64,000 nucleotides of DNA from NCBI GenBank assembly GCA_028702395.1, contig JAQVOV010000001.1, positions 3,990 to 67,989 of the forward strand, written 5' to 3'. Shown here piece by piece: positions 39,185 through 47,614 of this stretch (its first letter is position 1; the number at the start of each line of letters is the position of its first letter). The notes beneath the pieces are model-generated. The model was given only the letters and a program-made list of their open reading frames with translations. It did not search any database and was not told the origin of the DNA. This DNA comes from Candidatus Omnitrophota bacterium. Its GTDB lineage: Bacteria; Omnitrophota; Gorgyraeia; JABMRN01. The translations under genes were made by a program, and so were the position numbers.

Positions 39185-39430
39185 CTAGCTTGGTGCTGCT
39201 GATTGAGCAAGATCTCCTCCAATCATCCTCATAGGGGAGTTACCCCCTGCTGCGCCTTTTGGAGTAAGTTGACATTCCATAGCAGGTGTTCCTGTTATAT
39301 TACCACAGAAGTTTACTCTCAGTGTTGTCTGATAGTATAAATATAGACCTCCAATTGCACAAATTGCTAAGATGGATTGTTCTGGGTGAAGTTGTATTGC
39401 TTTTATTTTCGGCTGTATATATTTTCTCAT
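39185..39430 (-). CDS. Small Cys-containing peptide, paralog P3 (leader-peptide precursor-like)
   Basis: MRKYIQPKIKAIQLHPEQSILAICAIGGLY... matches the family consensus. FC and EC core Cys, TPKG motif, C-terminus ...APS. Tandem with P4. Confidence 0.5.
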   Translation of the reverse strand: MRKYIQPKIKAIQLHPEQSILAICAIGGLYLYYQTTLRVNFCGNITGTPAMECQLTPKGAAGGNSPMRMIGGDLAQSAAPS

Positions 39431-39583
39431 TTTTCCTAACTTTCTAAATATTAAGTGTAGCATTTTTTACTTAGCAATGCAAGAAGAAAGGGATAATTTA
39501 AAAAGAAACTTATTAAGTATCATTATATTGTATAGAACCTTTTGATACTTGTCAATTAAAAATGAAATGTAATATAGAGGGGT

Positions 39584-39814
39584 TTAGCTTGGTGGCATGC
39601 TATTGGAGACAGACGTCATCATATCCATGTTTACATTTATTCCGTCTCCACCTTTTGGGGTAAAATTGCAAAGAGGACCATCTCCCGAAAACTGTCCACA
39701 CCAAGCAGAGATGGATCTGCTTACATACAAACCACCAACCTTACAAACTTGTAGAAGTGCTTGTTTTTGGTCAAGTTCAATAGAGTTTATTTTTGGCGCT
39801 GTGTATTGTTTCAT
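39584..39814 (-). CDS. Small Cys-containing peptide, paralog P4 (leader-peptide precursor-like)
   Basis: MKQYTAPKINSIELDQKQALLQVCKVGGLY... matches the family consensus. WC and LC core Cys, TPKG motif, C-terminus ...PPS. Confidence 0.5.
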   Translation of the reverse strand: MKQYTAPKINSIELDQKQALLQVCKVGGLYVSRSISAWCGQFSGDGPLCNFTPKGGDGINVNMDMMTSVSNSMPPS

Positions 39815-40150
39815 AAATAAAGTATATCAGGAGGCAAGTAAAAAGGCAAAAGGAAAAAGCAAAAAATAGTTTAACTAGTTGTTACTTGGCAAAGCGCATA
39901 TCGCGAATCGCATATCGTAAAGGGTGGGGATTTTTGCCACGAGCTGCGCGCTGCGCGCAACGCGCTAGTTGAACGTACTGAATAGGGATGAGATGCGTGT
40001 TAGAGACCAGAGACAAGAAGCAAGAGAACTATATATACGGCTTATCTTTAAATCAATTAATACTGGTCACTGGTCACTGGTCACTGGTCACTGGTCACTG
40101 GTCATTTGTTTCATATGGACTCATTGTTCCTGTTAAGCTATAATGAACCT

Positions 40151-40858
40151 ATGAACATGATATTACTTTTCCAAGAAGATTTTATTGAGCAGAACAAGGT
40201 TGTTCTTAATGACAGACGTCATAAACATATTATAGACATTCTTAGATCAAGTGTTGGACAAAAACTTTCTGTTGGATTATTGAACAATAAAATAGGGACA
40301 GGCGTTATTGTTAAGCAGACAAAAGCAGAAACAACTCTTGAAGTTATTTTAGAAAAACCTCCTGCTAAAAAATTGCCGTTAACACTCATTCTTTGCTTAT
40401 GTCGTCCTCCTGTTTTAAGACGTGTTATATATACTTGTACAATATTAGGGGTAGAAGAGCTCCATATAATAAATTCTTCCAGAGTAGAAAAAAGTTTTTG
40501 GCAATCTCATTCCTTAGAAAAACAGGAACTTGATAAAGAAATGTACCTTGGACTTGAACAATCTATAGATACTGTTTGTCCTTTAATAAATATTGAACAT
40601 TCATTCAATAAATTTACAGATGAAAAGCTAGCAAATATCATTAAAAACAAAAAAGCAATAATTGTTGATCCTGCAGCAAAAAAAACATGTCCATACAATG
40701 TTTCAGAAAGTGCTGTTATTGCAATAGGTCCTGAAGGAGGATTTCTTGTTCCTGAGGTAAAGGCATTTAAAAAACTTGGATTTAAAGATCGTAATCTTGG
40801 TTCAAGGATACAAAGAGTGGAAACCGTCATACCGTACGTAGTAGGTAGAATGTTTTGA
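40151..40858 (+). CDS. rsmE: 16S rRNA m3U1498 methyltransferase RsmE family
   Basis: C-terminal IGPEGGF...LG.RIQRVET motif. Start uncertain (40106/40151/40157). Confidence 0.7.
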   Translation: MNMILLFQEDFIEQNKVVLNDRRHKHIIDILRSSVGQKLSVGLLNNKIGTGVIVKQTKAETTLEVILEKPPAKKLPLTLILCLCRPPVLRRVIYTCTILGVEELHIINSSRVEKSFWQSHSLEKQELDKEMYLGLEQSIDTVCPLINIEHSFNKFTDEKLANIIKNKKAIIVDPAAKKTCPYNVSESAVIAIGPEGGFLVPEVKAFKKLGFKDRNLGSRIQRVETVIPYVVGRMF

Positions 40859-41323
40859 TCATTCTCCTAAAGAACCAAATATCAATGCTAAAAAGAAAAG
40901 AATTGCACCCAAAAGCAGAAAATACGCCTGGATAGTAAAACCAAACAGTACCATAACAATGAACACTAATAGCAAAAATAGAAAAGCGAAAAAAGCCTGT
41001 TTTCGTATGGCACGGGCAACTGCTGATTCTTCTTTTCTTATTTCGTGAAAAATTATCTTGGTTTTTTTCTTAGGAACAAAGGTTTCCAAATACAGGATAT
41101 CAGCTCTCACGCTATTGGCAAAATCAGCTTTATCATATAAACCCTCAGTTTTAAAGGCATTTCTATCTGTATTATCAAGAAAAGAGGAATGACGCAAAAA
41201 AGCCAATCTTTGGTCTTCAGGTAATTTTTCTGAGAACTCAAAATGGTTTAAACCTTTATGTTCAAGGTTTTCAAGCCATTTTTTCTGTTTATCGTTTAAT
41301 TTTGACACTTTTTTGGTGAACAT
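40859..41323 (-). CDS. Hypothetical protein with two C-terminal TM helices
   Basis: ORF only. Hydrophobic C-terminus. Confidence 0.3.
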   Translation of the reverse strand: MFTKKVSKLNDKQKKWLENLEHKGLNHFEFSEKLPEDQRLAFLRHSSFLDNTDRNAFKTEGLYDKADFANSVRADILYLETFVPKKKTKIIFHEIRKEESAVARAIRKQAFFAFLFLLLVFIVMVLFGFTIQAYFLLLGAILFFLALIFGSLGE

Positions 41324-41483
41324 AATAACTAACTATACATCCTTTTTTTGTTTGTGTCAAGACCTATGAGGATTGGTTAACGGATATGAAGAACCTTGCT
41401 GGTATATTTTTGGTACACTTGACTTTCCATGTCGGTGTGATACAATTCACACAAGCGATACAACAAATAAAGAAAAGGGTTAT

Positions 41484-41948
41484 ATGGATAATGCAAAAAA
41501 AGAATTGTTAGAAGAAGCTATACAGGTAGAGATAAACATGGCGAAACTGTATCTTTTTTTTAGGGATAATTTCACAAAAGATAAGGATTTTTGGGGTAAA
41601 ATAGCTGAAGAAGAGGCAGGACATGCAGCGCTACTAAATTTGGCGAAGGATTTTTTTGATAAATACCCAAAAAACATACTTTATGACAATATAAACGCTC
41701 TTAAAGCAGTAAATAAGAAAATAAAAAGTATTATAACAAACTATACAATAAAAAAACCTTCAGAAAAAGAAGCGTATGAACAGGCTTTTAGGCTGGAAAA
41801 CAGTGCATATGAACTGCATTATGAAAATCTTTTGGAAAGCAGCTCTAATGAAGAAGCTATCAAGACTTTTCAGAAATTGAACGAAGATGATAAGAACCAT
41901 GCTAACAGGATAAGGGAGTTGATCGATAAAAACAGTATAAACAGATAG
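41484..41948 (+). CDS. Ferritin-like/rubrerythrin-like helical protein (hypothetical)
   Basis: Ferritin-like diiron-type pairs E..H (EEEAGHAALL; ELHYENLLE). Start chosen at the internal ATG 41484. Confidence 0.4.
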   Translation: MDNAKKELLEEAIQVEINMAKLYLFFRDNFTKDKDFWGKIAEEEAGHAALLNLAKDFFDKYPKNILYDNINALKAVNKKIKSIITNYTIKKPSEKEAYEQAFRLENSAYELHYENLLESSSNEEAIKTFQKLNEDDKNHANRIRELIDKNSINR

Positions 41949-42040
41949 CTGAAGCGTTAAAATTCAGTTTATCTTGCATATTCTCGTCTAATGTGATATA
42001 ATTAATTAGTCAAAAAAGCATATAGATCATTGAAACTTTT

Positions 42041-42429
42041 GGGGGTGTCCGGAATCGACTTAGACATTACAGGCTTTAAGTTGCATGTAGCGGATGTCAG
42101 TTGGCCGCTTAAAATAACTGGCAAAAACACAAACGCAAAATACGATTCAGTAGCCGAAGCAGAAGCAATTCTAGCTGAGGATGCGTTACAAGTTCCTCAA
42201 TTTGAAGGAACTGGTTCTCTAGTAAGCGCTTTGGCTTATTAATAGGACTTAATCTAACAAAGACGATTAATAGTGTTGCTGTAGCATTGTTGATCGAAAG
42301 ATTACAGCTGCTTGTACATATATCCTGTTTGCCGGAGATATGTGCAAAAAGACAAATAACAAACTAAACATGTAGATACTTTTAGTTTGATGTCCGAGGA
42401 CCGGGGTTCGAGTCCCCGCACCTCCACCA
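42041..42429 (+). ncRNA. ssrA: tmRNA (ssrA), ~389 nt
   Basis: 5' GGGGGUGUCCGGAAUCGAC pairs with the 3' end ...CACCUCC-A-CCA, including the G3:U70 Ala identity pair. 3' T-arm GGACCGGGGUUCGAGUCCCCG matches tmRNA. Internal reading frame ends ...SALAY with double stop UAA-UAG (42240..42245). smpB is present at 3093. Confidence 0.85.
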
Positions 42430-42502
42430 TATTGCATTAAAAAGAGAAGCAAACGCTTCTCTCTTTTTGTTTATGATCATTTATCGAACAAACGGGGCGA
42501 AA

Positions 42503-42685
42503 AATATAATTTCCACAATACAAAAACGAGGTCTGTCCCTAGTTCTAGTTAAACTCAATAGTGGACAGACCTCGTTTTTATAGCTTGCCTCGGGACACAC
42601 ATAGGAGAGTAATTTAACCATTGGTTATGTGTGTCCCGAGAACTCTGGGTTACCTGAGAACCTGATCCTATAGAACCAGGTTCTC
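42503..42685 (+). repeat. Three-hairpin structured repeat, copy A (upstream of P5)
   Basis: Hairpins gaggtctgtcc...ggacagacctc, ctcgggacacacata...tatgtgtgtcccgag, gagaacctg...caggttctc. ~90% identical to the copy at 43594..43790. Confidence 0.8.
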
Positions 42686-42858
42686 CATAGCTAAAACAGA
42701 GGAAAAGCCACAAGGCAAAAAAGAAAAAGTGACAAATTTAAGACCTGAACCTATGGAACCAAGTTCTTGACACCATGGTGTCTGCCCAAAAGTTGCCCAT
42801 TTAAATTCAAAACAATAAAAAACTTGAGAGAGTGTGTAGTTTATGGTATATTTATTTT

Positions 42859-43065
42859 ATGAAAAAATATATTAAGCCAAGAATAAACGCCATAGACCTT
42901 GATCCTGATCAGGCGATCCTTGCGGTGTGTCAAGTTGCCGGCGCTTATTTTTTGTTTAATGGATGTTTTAGTTCTGGAACCGGTGTTGCATGTCCCTCGG
43001 AGATCAGAGGAGTTGCCAATCAAGTAGATGTTTTAGGCAGAACAAACGATGCTATCCCTTCATAA
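42859..43065 (+). CDS. Small Cys-containing peptide, paralog P5 (leader-peptide precursor-like)
   Basis: MKKYIKPRINAIDLDPDQAILAVCQVAGAYF... matches the family consensus. GC and AC core Cys, C-terminus ...IPS. The ATG at 42859 is preferred over the upstream GTG. Confidence 0.55.
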   Translation: MKKYIKPRINAIDLDPDQAILAVCQVAGAYFLFNGCFSSGTGVACPSEIRGVANQVDVLGRTNDAIPS

Positions 43066-43319
43066 TCAATCGCTTTATATACAGCATCTCTTGTAACACC
43101 GCCCATCCCTACAGTAACCTGTTTGAACCTTGGTTTTTGGAATCAAATTTTTTAGATTTTAAGAATATCGGACTAAGTTAATTCTCTGCCCATTTAAAGT
43201 CAAAATAGTTAAAATAAGGAAAAAAATTTCAAAACAGAATAAAACATAAACCTTTTTGTTTTATCACCATTTCATTTAACCAAATTTGCTTTTAAAAAAA
43301 GATATGATATACTTAAAGC

Positions 43320-43547
43320 ATGAAAAAATATCAAAGCATGAAAATAAAGAAAGTAAAGCTTAATTCTGACCAGGCAATAATGCAAGTGTGTGCTATCGCG
43401 GGTTCAGGATGGTACTTTAATCCAGGTCCTGTACAATGGTGCAATGCAGGTACAACTGATAATATTGGAGCATTCTGTACAAGTGGAGTAAAAGGAAATC
43501 AGACATATTCGAGAGGACCGGGTCAACAACATACAATACCAAGTTAA
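43320..43547 (+). CDS. Small Cys-containing peptide, paralog P6 (leader-peptide precursor-like)
   Basis: MKKYQSMKIKKVKLNSDQAIMQVCAIAGSGWYF... matches the family consensus. WC and FC core Cys, VKGNQ motif, C-terminus ...IPS. Confidence 0.55.
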   Translation: MKKYQSMKIKKVKLNSDQAIMQVCAIAGSGWYFNPGPVQWCNAGTTDNIGAFCTSGVKGNQTYSRGPGQQHTIPS

Positions 43548-43593
43548 ATTCTTTTAAGAAATTCTAAACTTCCAATTGCAGGCGAAAATCTTG

Positions 43594-43790
43594 AAATATA
43601 ATTTCCACAATACAAAAACGAGGTCTGTCCCTAGTTCTAGTTAAACTCAGCAGTGGATAGACCTCGTTTTATAGCTTGTCTCGGGACACACATAGGGGAG
43701 AATTTTAAACATTGGTTATGTGTGTCCCGAGAACTCTGGGTTACCTGAGAACCTGGTCCTATAGAACCAGGTTCTCAGGTTTTTTCTTTT
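43594..43790 (+). repeat. Three-hairpin structured repeat, copy B (between P6 and the radical SAM gene), ending in a terminator-like T-run
   Basis: Same three hairpins as copy A. Stem 1 carries a C-to-T change that keeps pairing only as a G-U wobble (RNA-level). Hairpin 3 is followed by ggttttttctttt. Confidence 0.8.
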
Positions 43791-43865
43791 CATGAAAAAC
43801 GCGAAAATAAAGAATTTATTGCAAAGGCTATACGTGCATGGTATAATCCAAAATAGAGGTGAACT

Positions 43866-45434
43866 ATGCTAATTGCATCAAAAAAACGACACAGAATGAG
43901 ACTTGTTATTCCTGCTTTTCCTGCATTTAATATTTATTCGTATTCGTCACAACGTACAACTGCACTTGGACCGGTTTGCATTGCTACAACAGTCAATCAA
44001 ATGGAAAACTGGGACGCTGAAGTCATTGATGAGAATAATCTTCGTTTATATGGACCTAAAAGTAAGACAGGTGGTGCAGACCATGAGTTTTTACACGTTA
44101 TCAGACCTGCTGATATTGTTGGATTTTATGGGGGATTGACAAGTACCATTCCCAGACTTTATGAACTTGCAAAGTTTTACAAGAAAAGAGGAGTTATTAC
44201 TATTGCAGGAGGACAACACTTTGTTGGTGAGAATATAAAAGAAGCTTTGTATTCTGATATTGATTATGTTGTTATAGGTGAAGGAGAGGAAACGATCAGA
44301 GAACTTATAGAAGGGTTAGAAGGAAAAAGAAACATAGATGAAATAAAAGGTATTGCGTACATAAAAAATGGAAACATTATTCAGACTCCAACAAGAGAAC
44401 CTATAACTGACTTTGAGAAATTACCTTTACCTGATTTTTCATTGGTCAGGTATGCTAGAATAGAAAATTATCCGGTTGAAAGAATAAGAGGATGCGGAAT
44501 GAACTGCGAGTTCTGTACTGTCAAAGGAAGTCCAAGATGTGCCTCTGTTGAAAGATTATTTGAGAGGATAAGTTTTTTGGTTGAAACAAGAGCAGCCAAA
44601 AGATTTTTCATCATAGATGATCTTTTTGGACAGCAAAGAGAAGAAACTATAAGGTTCTGTTATATGCTTCGTGATTATCAGAAAAGGATACACAAAAGAT
44701 TGGATGTGGGTGTTCAGATAAGATTAGATAAGGCTAAGGATACAGAGATGCTTTCTGCAATGCGCCAGGCAGGTATTAACTTTGTAGCTATTGGTTTTGA
44801 ATCTCCTATCAGGGAAGAGTTAAAAGCAATGAACAAACATCTGAACCCTGAAGAAATGATAGCACTCACAAGTATTTTTAGAAAATTCGGATTTCTTATA
44901 CATGGTATGTTCATTTTTGGATATCCTGTTCAAGAAGGGGTTAATTTCAAAATGCCTATAAAGGAACGTATTAAACAGTATAAGGATTTTATCAGAAAAT
45001 GTAAGATAGACACAATACAGATCCTGTTACCAGGGCCTTTGCCTGGTACTGAATTCAGAGAAAGACTTAAAAAGAAAAACAGGCTGTATCCTCTTAAAGA
45101 TATTGGCTGGGAATATTATGACGGAAGTTTTCCGCTTTTTGAACCTGACGAACCTTTGACTGCTGAAGAACTTCAAAAAGCACAAAAAGAGATCATGGGA
45201 AATTTTTACCAATTCAAATACATGTTCATGATAGCATTTAACATTTTCTCTTTTCCCTCAATAATATTTTTTTTAAATAACATCAAAGTTGGCTGGAGAC
45301 GGTGGTATAGACCATGGCGAAATGATCTTGTCCGTTTTGGTGGCTGGATGACTATGAGAAAATGGACAACAGAATTCAAGAAAAACACTTTTCAAGAGAA
45401 ATTGAACAAGGCCAAAGAGTGTATAAGGAAATAA
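43866..45434 (+). CDS. B12-binding (class B) radical SAM enzyme
   Basis: N-terminal cobalamin-binding Rossmann-like domain (...VGFYGG...ITIAGGQH...VVIGEGE). Radical SAM core with CGMNCEFC (CxxxCxxC). Hydrophobic C-terminal segment. Confidence 0.8.
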   Translation: MLIASKKRHRMRLVIPAFPAFNIYSYSSQRTTALGPVCIATTVNQMENWDAEVIDENNLRLYGPKSKTGGADHEFLHVIRPADIVGFYGGLTSTIPRLYELAKFYKKRGVITIAGGQHFVGENIKEALYSDIDYVVIGEGEETIRELIEGLEGKRNIDEIKGIAYIKNGNIIQTPTREPITDFEKLPLPDFSLVRYARIENYPVERIRGCGMNCEFCTVKGSPRCASVERLFERISFLVETRAAKRFFIIDDLFGQQREETIRFCYMLRDYQKRIHKRLDVGVQIRLDKAKDTEMLSAMRQAGINFVAIGFESPIREELKAMNKHLNPEEMIALTSIFRKFGFLIHGMFIFGYPVQEGVNFKMPIKERIKQYKDFIRKCKIDTIQILLPGPLPGTEFRERLKKKNRLYPLKDIGWEYYDGSFPLFEPDEPLTAEELQKAQKEIMGNFYQFKYMFMIAFNIFSFPSIIFFLNNIKVGWRRWYRPWRNDLVRFGGWMTMRKWTTEFKKNTFQEKLNKAKECIRK

Positions 45435-45579
45435 AATTCCTTATCTGCTAAAAAAATTTTATATATTATCCTCCCGTTAGAAGCCTTTGATTGACCATGA
45501 ATTGCTAATGTGCTACAATCCATTTATAAAACTATTTTGAAATCGACCAATACACTTATCTTTAAAAAAACGAGAGACT

Positions 45580-46515
45580 ATGACAAAAAAAATAATATTA
45601 TGCATTATCTTTAGTTTATATGCTGCCAATTGTTTTTCCATAGAATATGATGTGAATGAATTGTTAGGCTCCTTATATAAACAAGCCCAAACAGCTATAG
45701 AAAAAGGTGATCAAGGTGAGTCGGATTTCTTTTTAGCAAGGTACTTGGGATTAGTTACAACAGAAAATACCACTAAAAACTATACTGACCTTTATCCTTT
45801 ATTTGACACACATAAGCAGTTAAATGCTTTTACTGTTATTAACGGAGAATTCCAAAAAGAATTTATAGATTGGTTCATATTCGCAGGATATTCTATGTGG
45901 GCAGGACAAACTATTATACAAACAAAAGATGGCGCTTTAGAGGTTACCAATAATTTGAATGATAATTTCTATGTAGGGGTATTTGGGTATCCTTACTTGG
46001 AAAAAGGGAGTATTGTAGGAGGAACATCTAATAGCGGTGAAGTTGTTGTTATGACTTTAATGAGAAAACCTTTTTTAGTTTTAGGAAAGATCAAGGAGAA
46101 AGAGAATCCTTTGGATAATGCAAGCGATTTTCCAATAGAAGTAAGAACAGTCATACAATATATATGGCAGCCGGAATTCTATGATATTGATAAAGATGGG
46201 GAAGATGAAATTTTTATCAGATACAATAAATCTTGGGCTACAGGATTTTCGCAAGTATTGGATATTTATAAAATAAAAGAAGATGACTTGATCTTATGGG
46301 AGAGATTTGAGGGGTTAGCAGAAGGGATAGCTATGAGGGCAGGAGATAAAATTATTGTAGGAGAAGGTTTTTCTGATACAGGTAATGGCCATATGGGTTA
46401 TGAAAAAACACACATTGAAGAATTTGAATATAAAGAGGATAAATGGATAAGGACTAAAGCGTCTGATCAACCGCATATATTATTAAATGAAGAATGGAAA
46501 ACCTTTTATTTGTAG
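45580..46515 (+). CDS. Secreted hypothetical protein (signal peptide; no recognisable domain)
   Basis: MTKKIILCIIFSLYAANCFS signal. Lies between the rSAM gene and paralog P7. Confidence 0.4.
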   Translation: MTKKIILCIIFSLYAANCFSIEYDVNELLGSLYKQAQTAIEKGDQGESDFFLARYLGLVTTENTTKNYTDLYPLFDTHKQLNAFTVINGEFQKEFIDWFIFAGYSMWAGQTIIQTKDGALEVTNNLNDNFYVGVFGYPYLEKGSIVGGTSNSGEVVVMTLMRKPFLVLGKIKEKENPLDNASDFPIEVRTVIQYIWQPEFYDIDKDGEDEIFIRYNKSWATGFSQVLDIYKIKEDDLILWERFEGLAEGIAMRAGDKIIVGEGFSDTGNGHMGYEKTHIEEFEYKEDKWIRTKASDQPHILLNEEWKTFYL

Positions 46516-46647
46516 CTAAAAATTGTCTCTTTTTTATTCTTTTGACTATGGATAAAGGGATTCTAAGATTCCCAAAGATTTATTTTATAGATAAGAATGT
46601 TTTTTTACAAGTAGAAATTTTGTGAAAATAATATACAATATATACGT

Positions 46648-46869
46648 ATGAAAAAGTACATTATCCCAAAAATAAGAGCAATTAAACTTGATCAAAAACA
46701 AGCTGTATTAGAAGTTTGTCAACTTGCAGGAGCTTATTTTGTATCAGCAGGACCGCCTTCGGATTGGTGTATGCGTTCAGGTGCAGGCGTTAATTGCGTT
46801 ATAAGCGTAAAAGGCCAGGCAAACCCCGTAGAAATAGCTTGGACACAAAGAGGCGCTCAACCTTCATAA
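46648..46869 (+). CDS. Small Cys-containing peptide, paralog P7 (leader-peptide precursor-like)
   Basis: MKKYIIPKIRAIKLDQKQAVLEVCQLAGAYF... matches the family consensus. WC and NC core Cys, ISVKGQ motif, C-terminus ...QPS. Confidence 0.55.
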   Translation: MKKYIIPKIRAIKLDQKQAVLEVCQLAGAYFVSAGPPSDWCMRSGAGVNCVISVKGQANPVEIAWTQRGAQPS

Positions 46870-47049
46870 AACAATCCAGAGTAGCAACTTCACCTTCATC
46901 ACTTTGGGACCACTTCTATACGTAAACTCGGACCACTTCTACACAGACTGCGGACCAGGTCTAATCTGTAAAAATAAGTTATGGCGATATGAATTGACTC
47001 TCCCTATATGTATAGTATAATAATATAATACACAACTTGAGGAGAAAAA

Positions 47050-47370
47050 ATGGTTTTTTCGGAAAAACTAAAAAAACAGTTTAAGGATCTTATTTCAAGT
47101 CGTAGTGGTCTTTATTTCAAAGACTATGACCTACAAACTTTAGAAAAAACAGTTGTTCTTAGAACACAACAGCGTAGATGCGAGTCTTTCGAAGAGTACT
47201 ATTCATACTTGATTGCTTCCAAAGAAAAAGAATCTGAATTTCGAGAAATAATCAATCTTTTAACTATACAGCATACATGTTTCTTCAGAAATGAACCGCA
47301 ATTTAAAGTTCTAAAAGAAAAAGTTCTTCCAGAGATATTATTAGATACGATCGAAAGGTTGATAGGGTAA
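47050..47370 (+). CDS. CheR N-terminal (all-alpha) domain-only protein; likely a remnant of a chemotaxis methyltransferase
   Basis: HTCFFRNEPQFKVLKEKVLPEI resembles the CheR N-domain. Only 106 aa, with no SAM-MTase domain. An IR element follows immediately. Confidence 0.4.
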   Translation: MVFSEKLKKQFKDLISSRSGLYFKDYDLQTLEKTVVLRTQQRRCESFEEYYSYLIASKEKESEFREIINLLTIQHTCFFRNEPQFKVLKEKVLPEILLDTIERLIG

Positions 47371-47374
47371 CAAG

Positions 47375-47605
47375 GAGTTTGAGACTAGAGACCAGAAACC
47401 AGCGGCCAGAAACCAGGGACCAGAGATAATTGATTTAAAGATAAAAGATAAAAGATACAAAGAAACAAAGATACAAAGGTTTTAAAAGATATAAAAAGTT
47501 AATAGGAGGTTATGATTAGAGTCTAGGATAAATGTTTTAAAGAATACCGGTTACAAACCGTCCTGGTTTCTGGTACATGGTCACTGATTTCTAAATGCTA
47601 TAAAG
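47375..47605. repeat. Type-A IR element (GACCAGA-type arms) upstream of a response-regulator gene
   Basis: gagactagagaccagaaaccagcggccagaaaccagggaccagag...ttgatttaaagataaaagataaaagatac...cctggtttctggtacatggtcactgatttctaaatgctataaaggagataaatATG. Confidence 0.8.
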
Positions 47606-47614
47606 GAGATAAAT

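Noticed and set aside
42030-42452. Track ORFs 42030..42242 (+) and 42267..42452 (-) as protein-coding genes
   Set aside because: They lie entirely within the tmRNA (42041..42429). The + ORF is the tmRNA tag reading frame read through from an upstream fortuitous ATG. The - ORF is antisense to the tRNA-like 3' domain.
43866-45434. rSAM gene as a SPASM/twitch-type peptide crosslinking enzyme (ranthipeptide/sactipeptide-type)
   Set aside because: Only the single CxxxCxxC cluster plus an N-terminal cobalamin-binding fold are visible. No C-terminal Cys-rich SPASM region. Class B (B12) rSAM is the better call.
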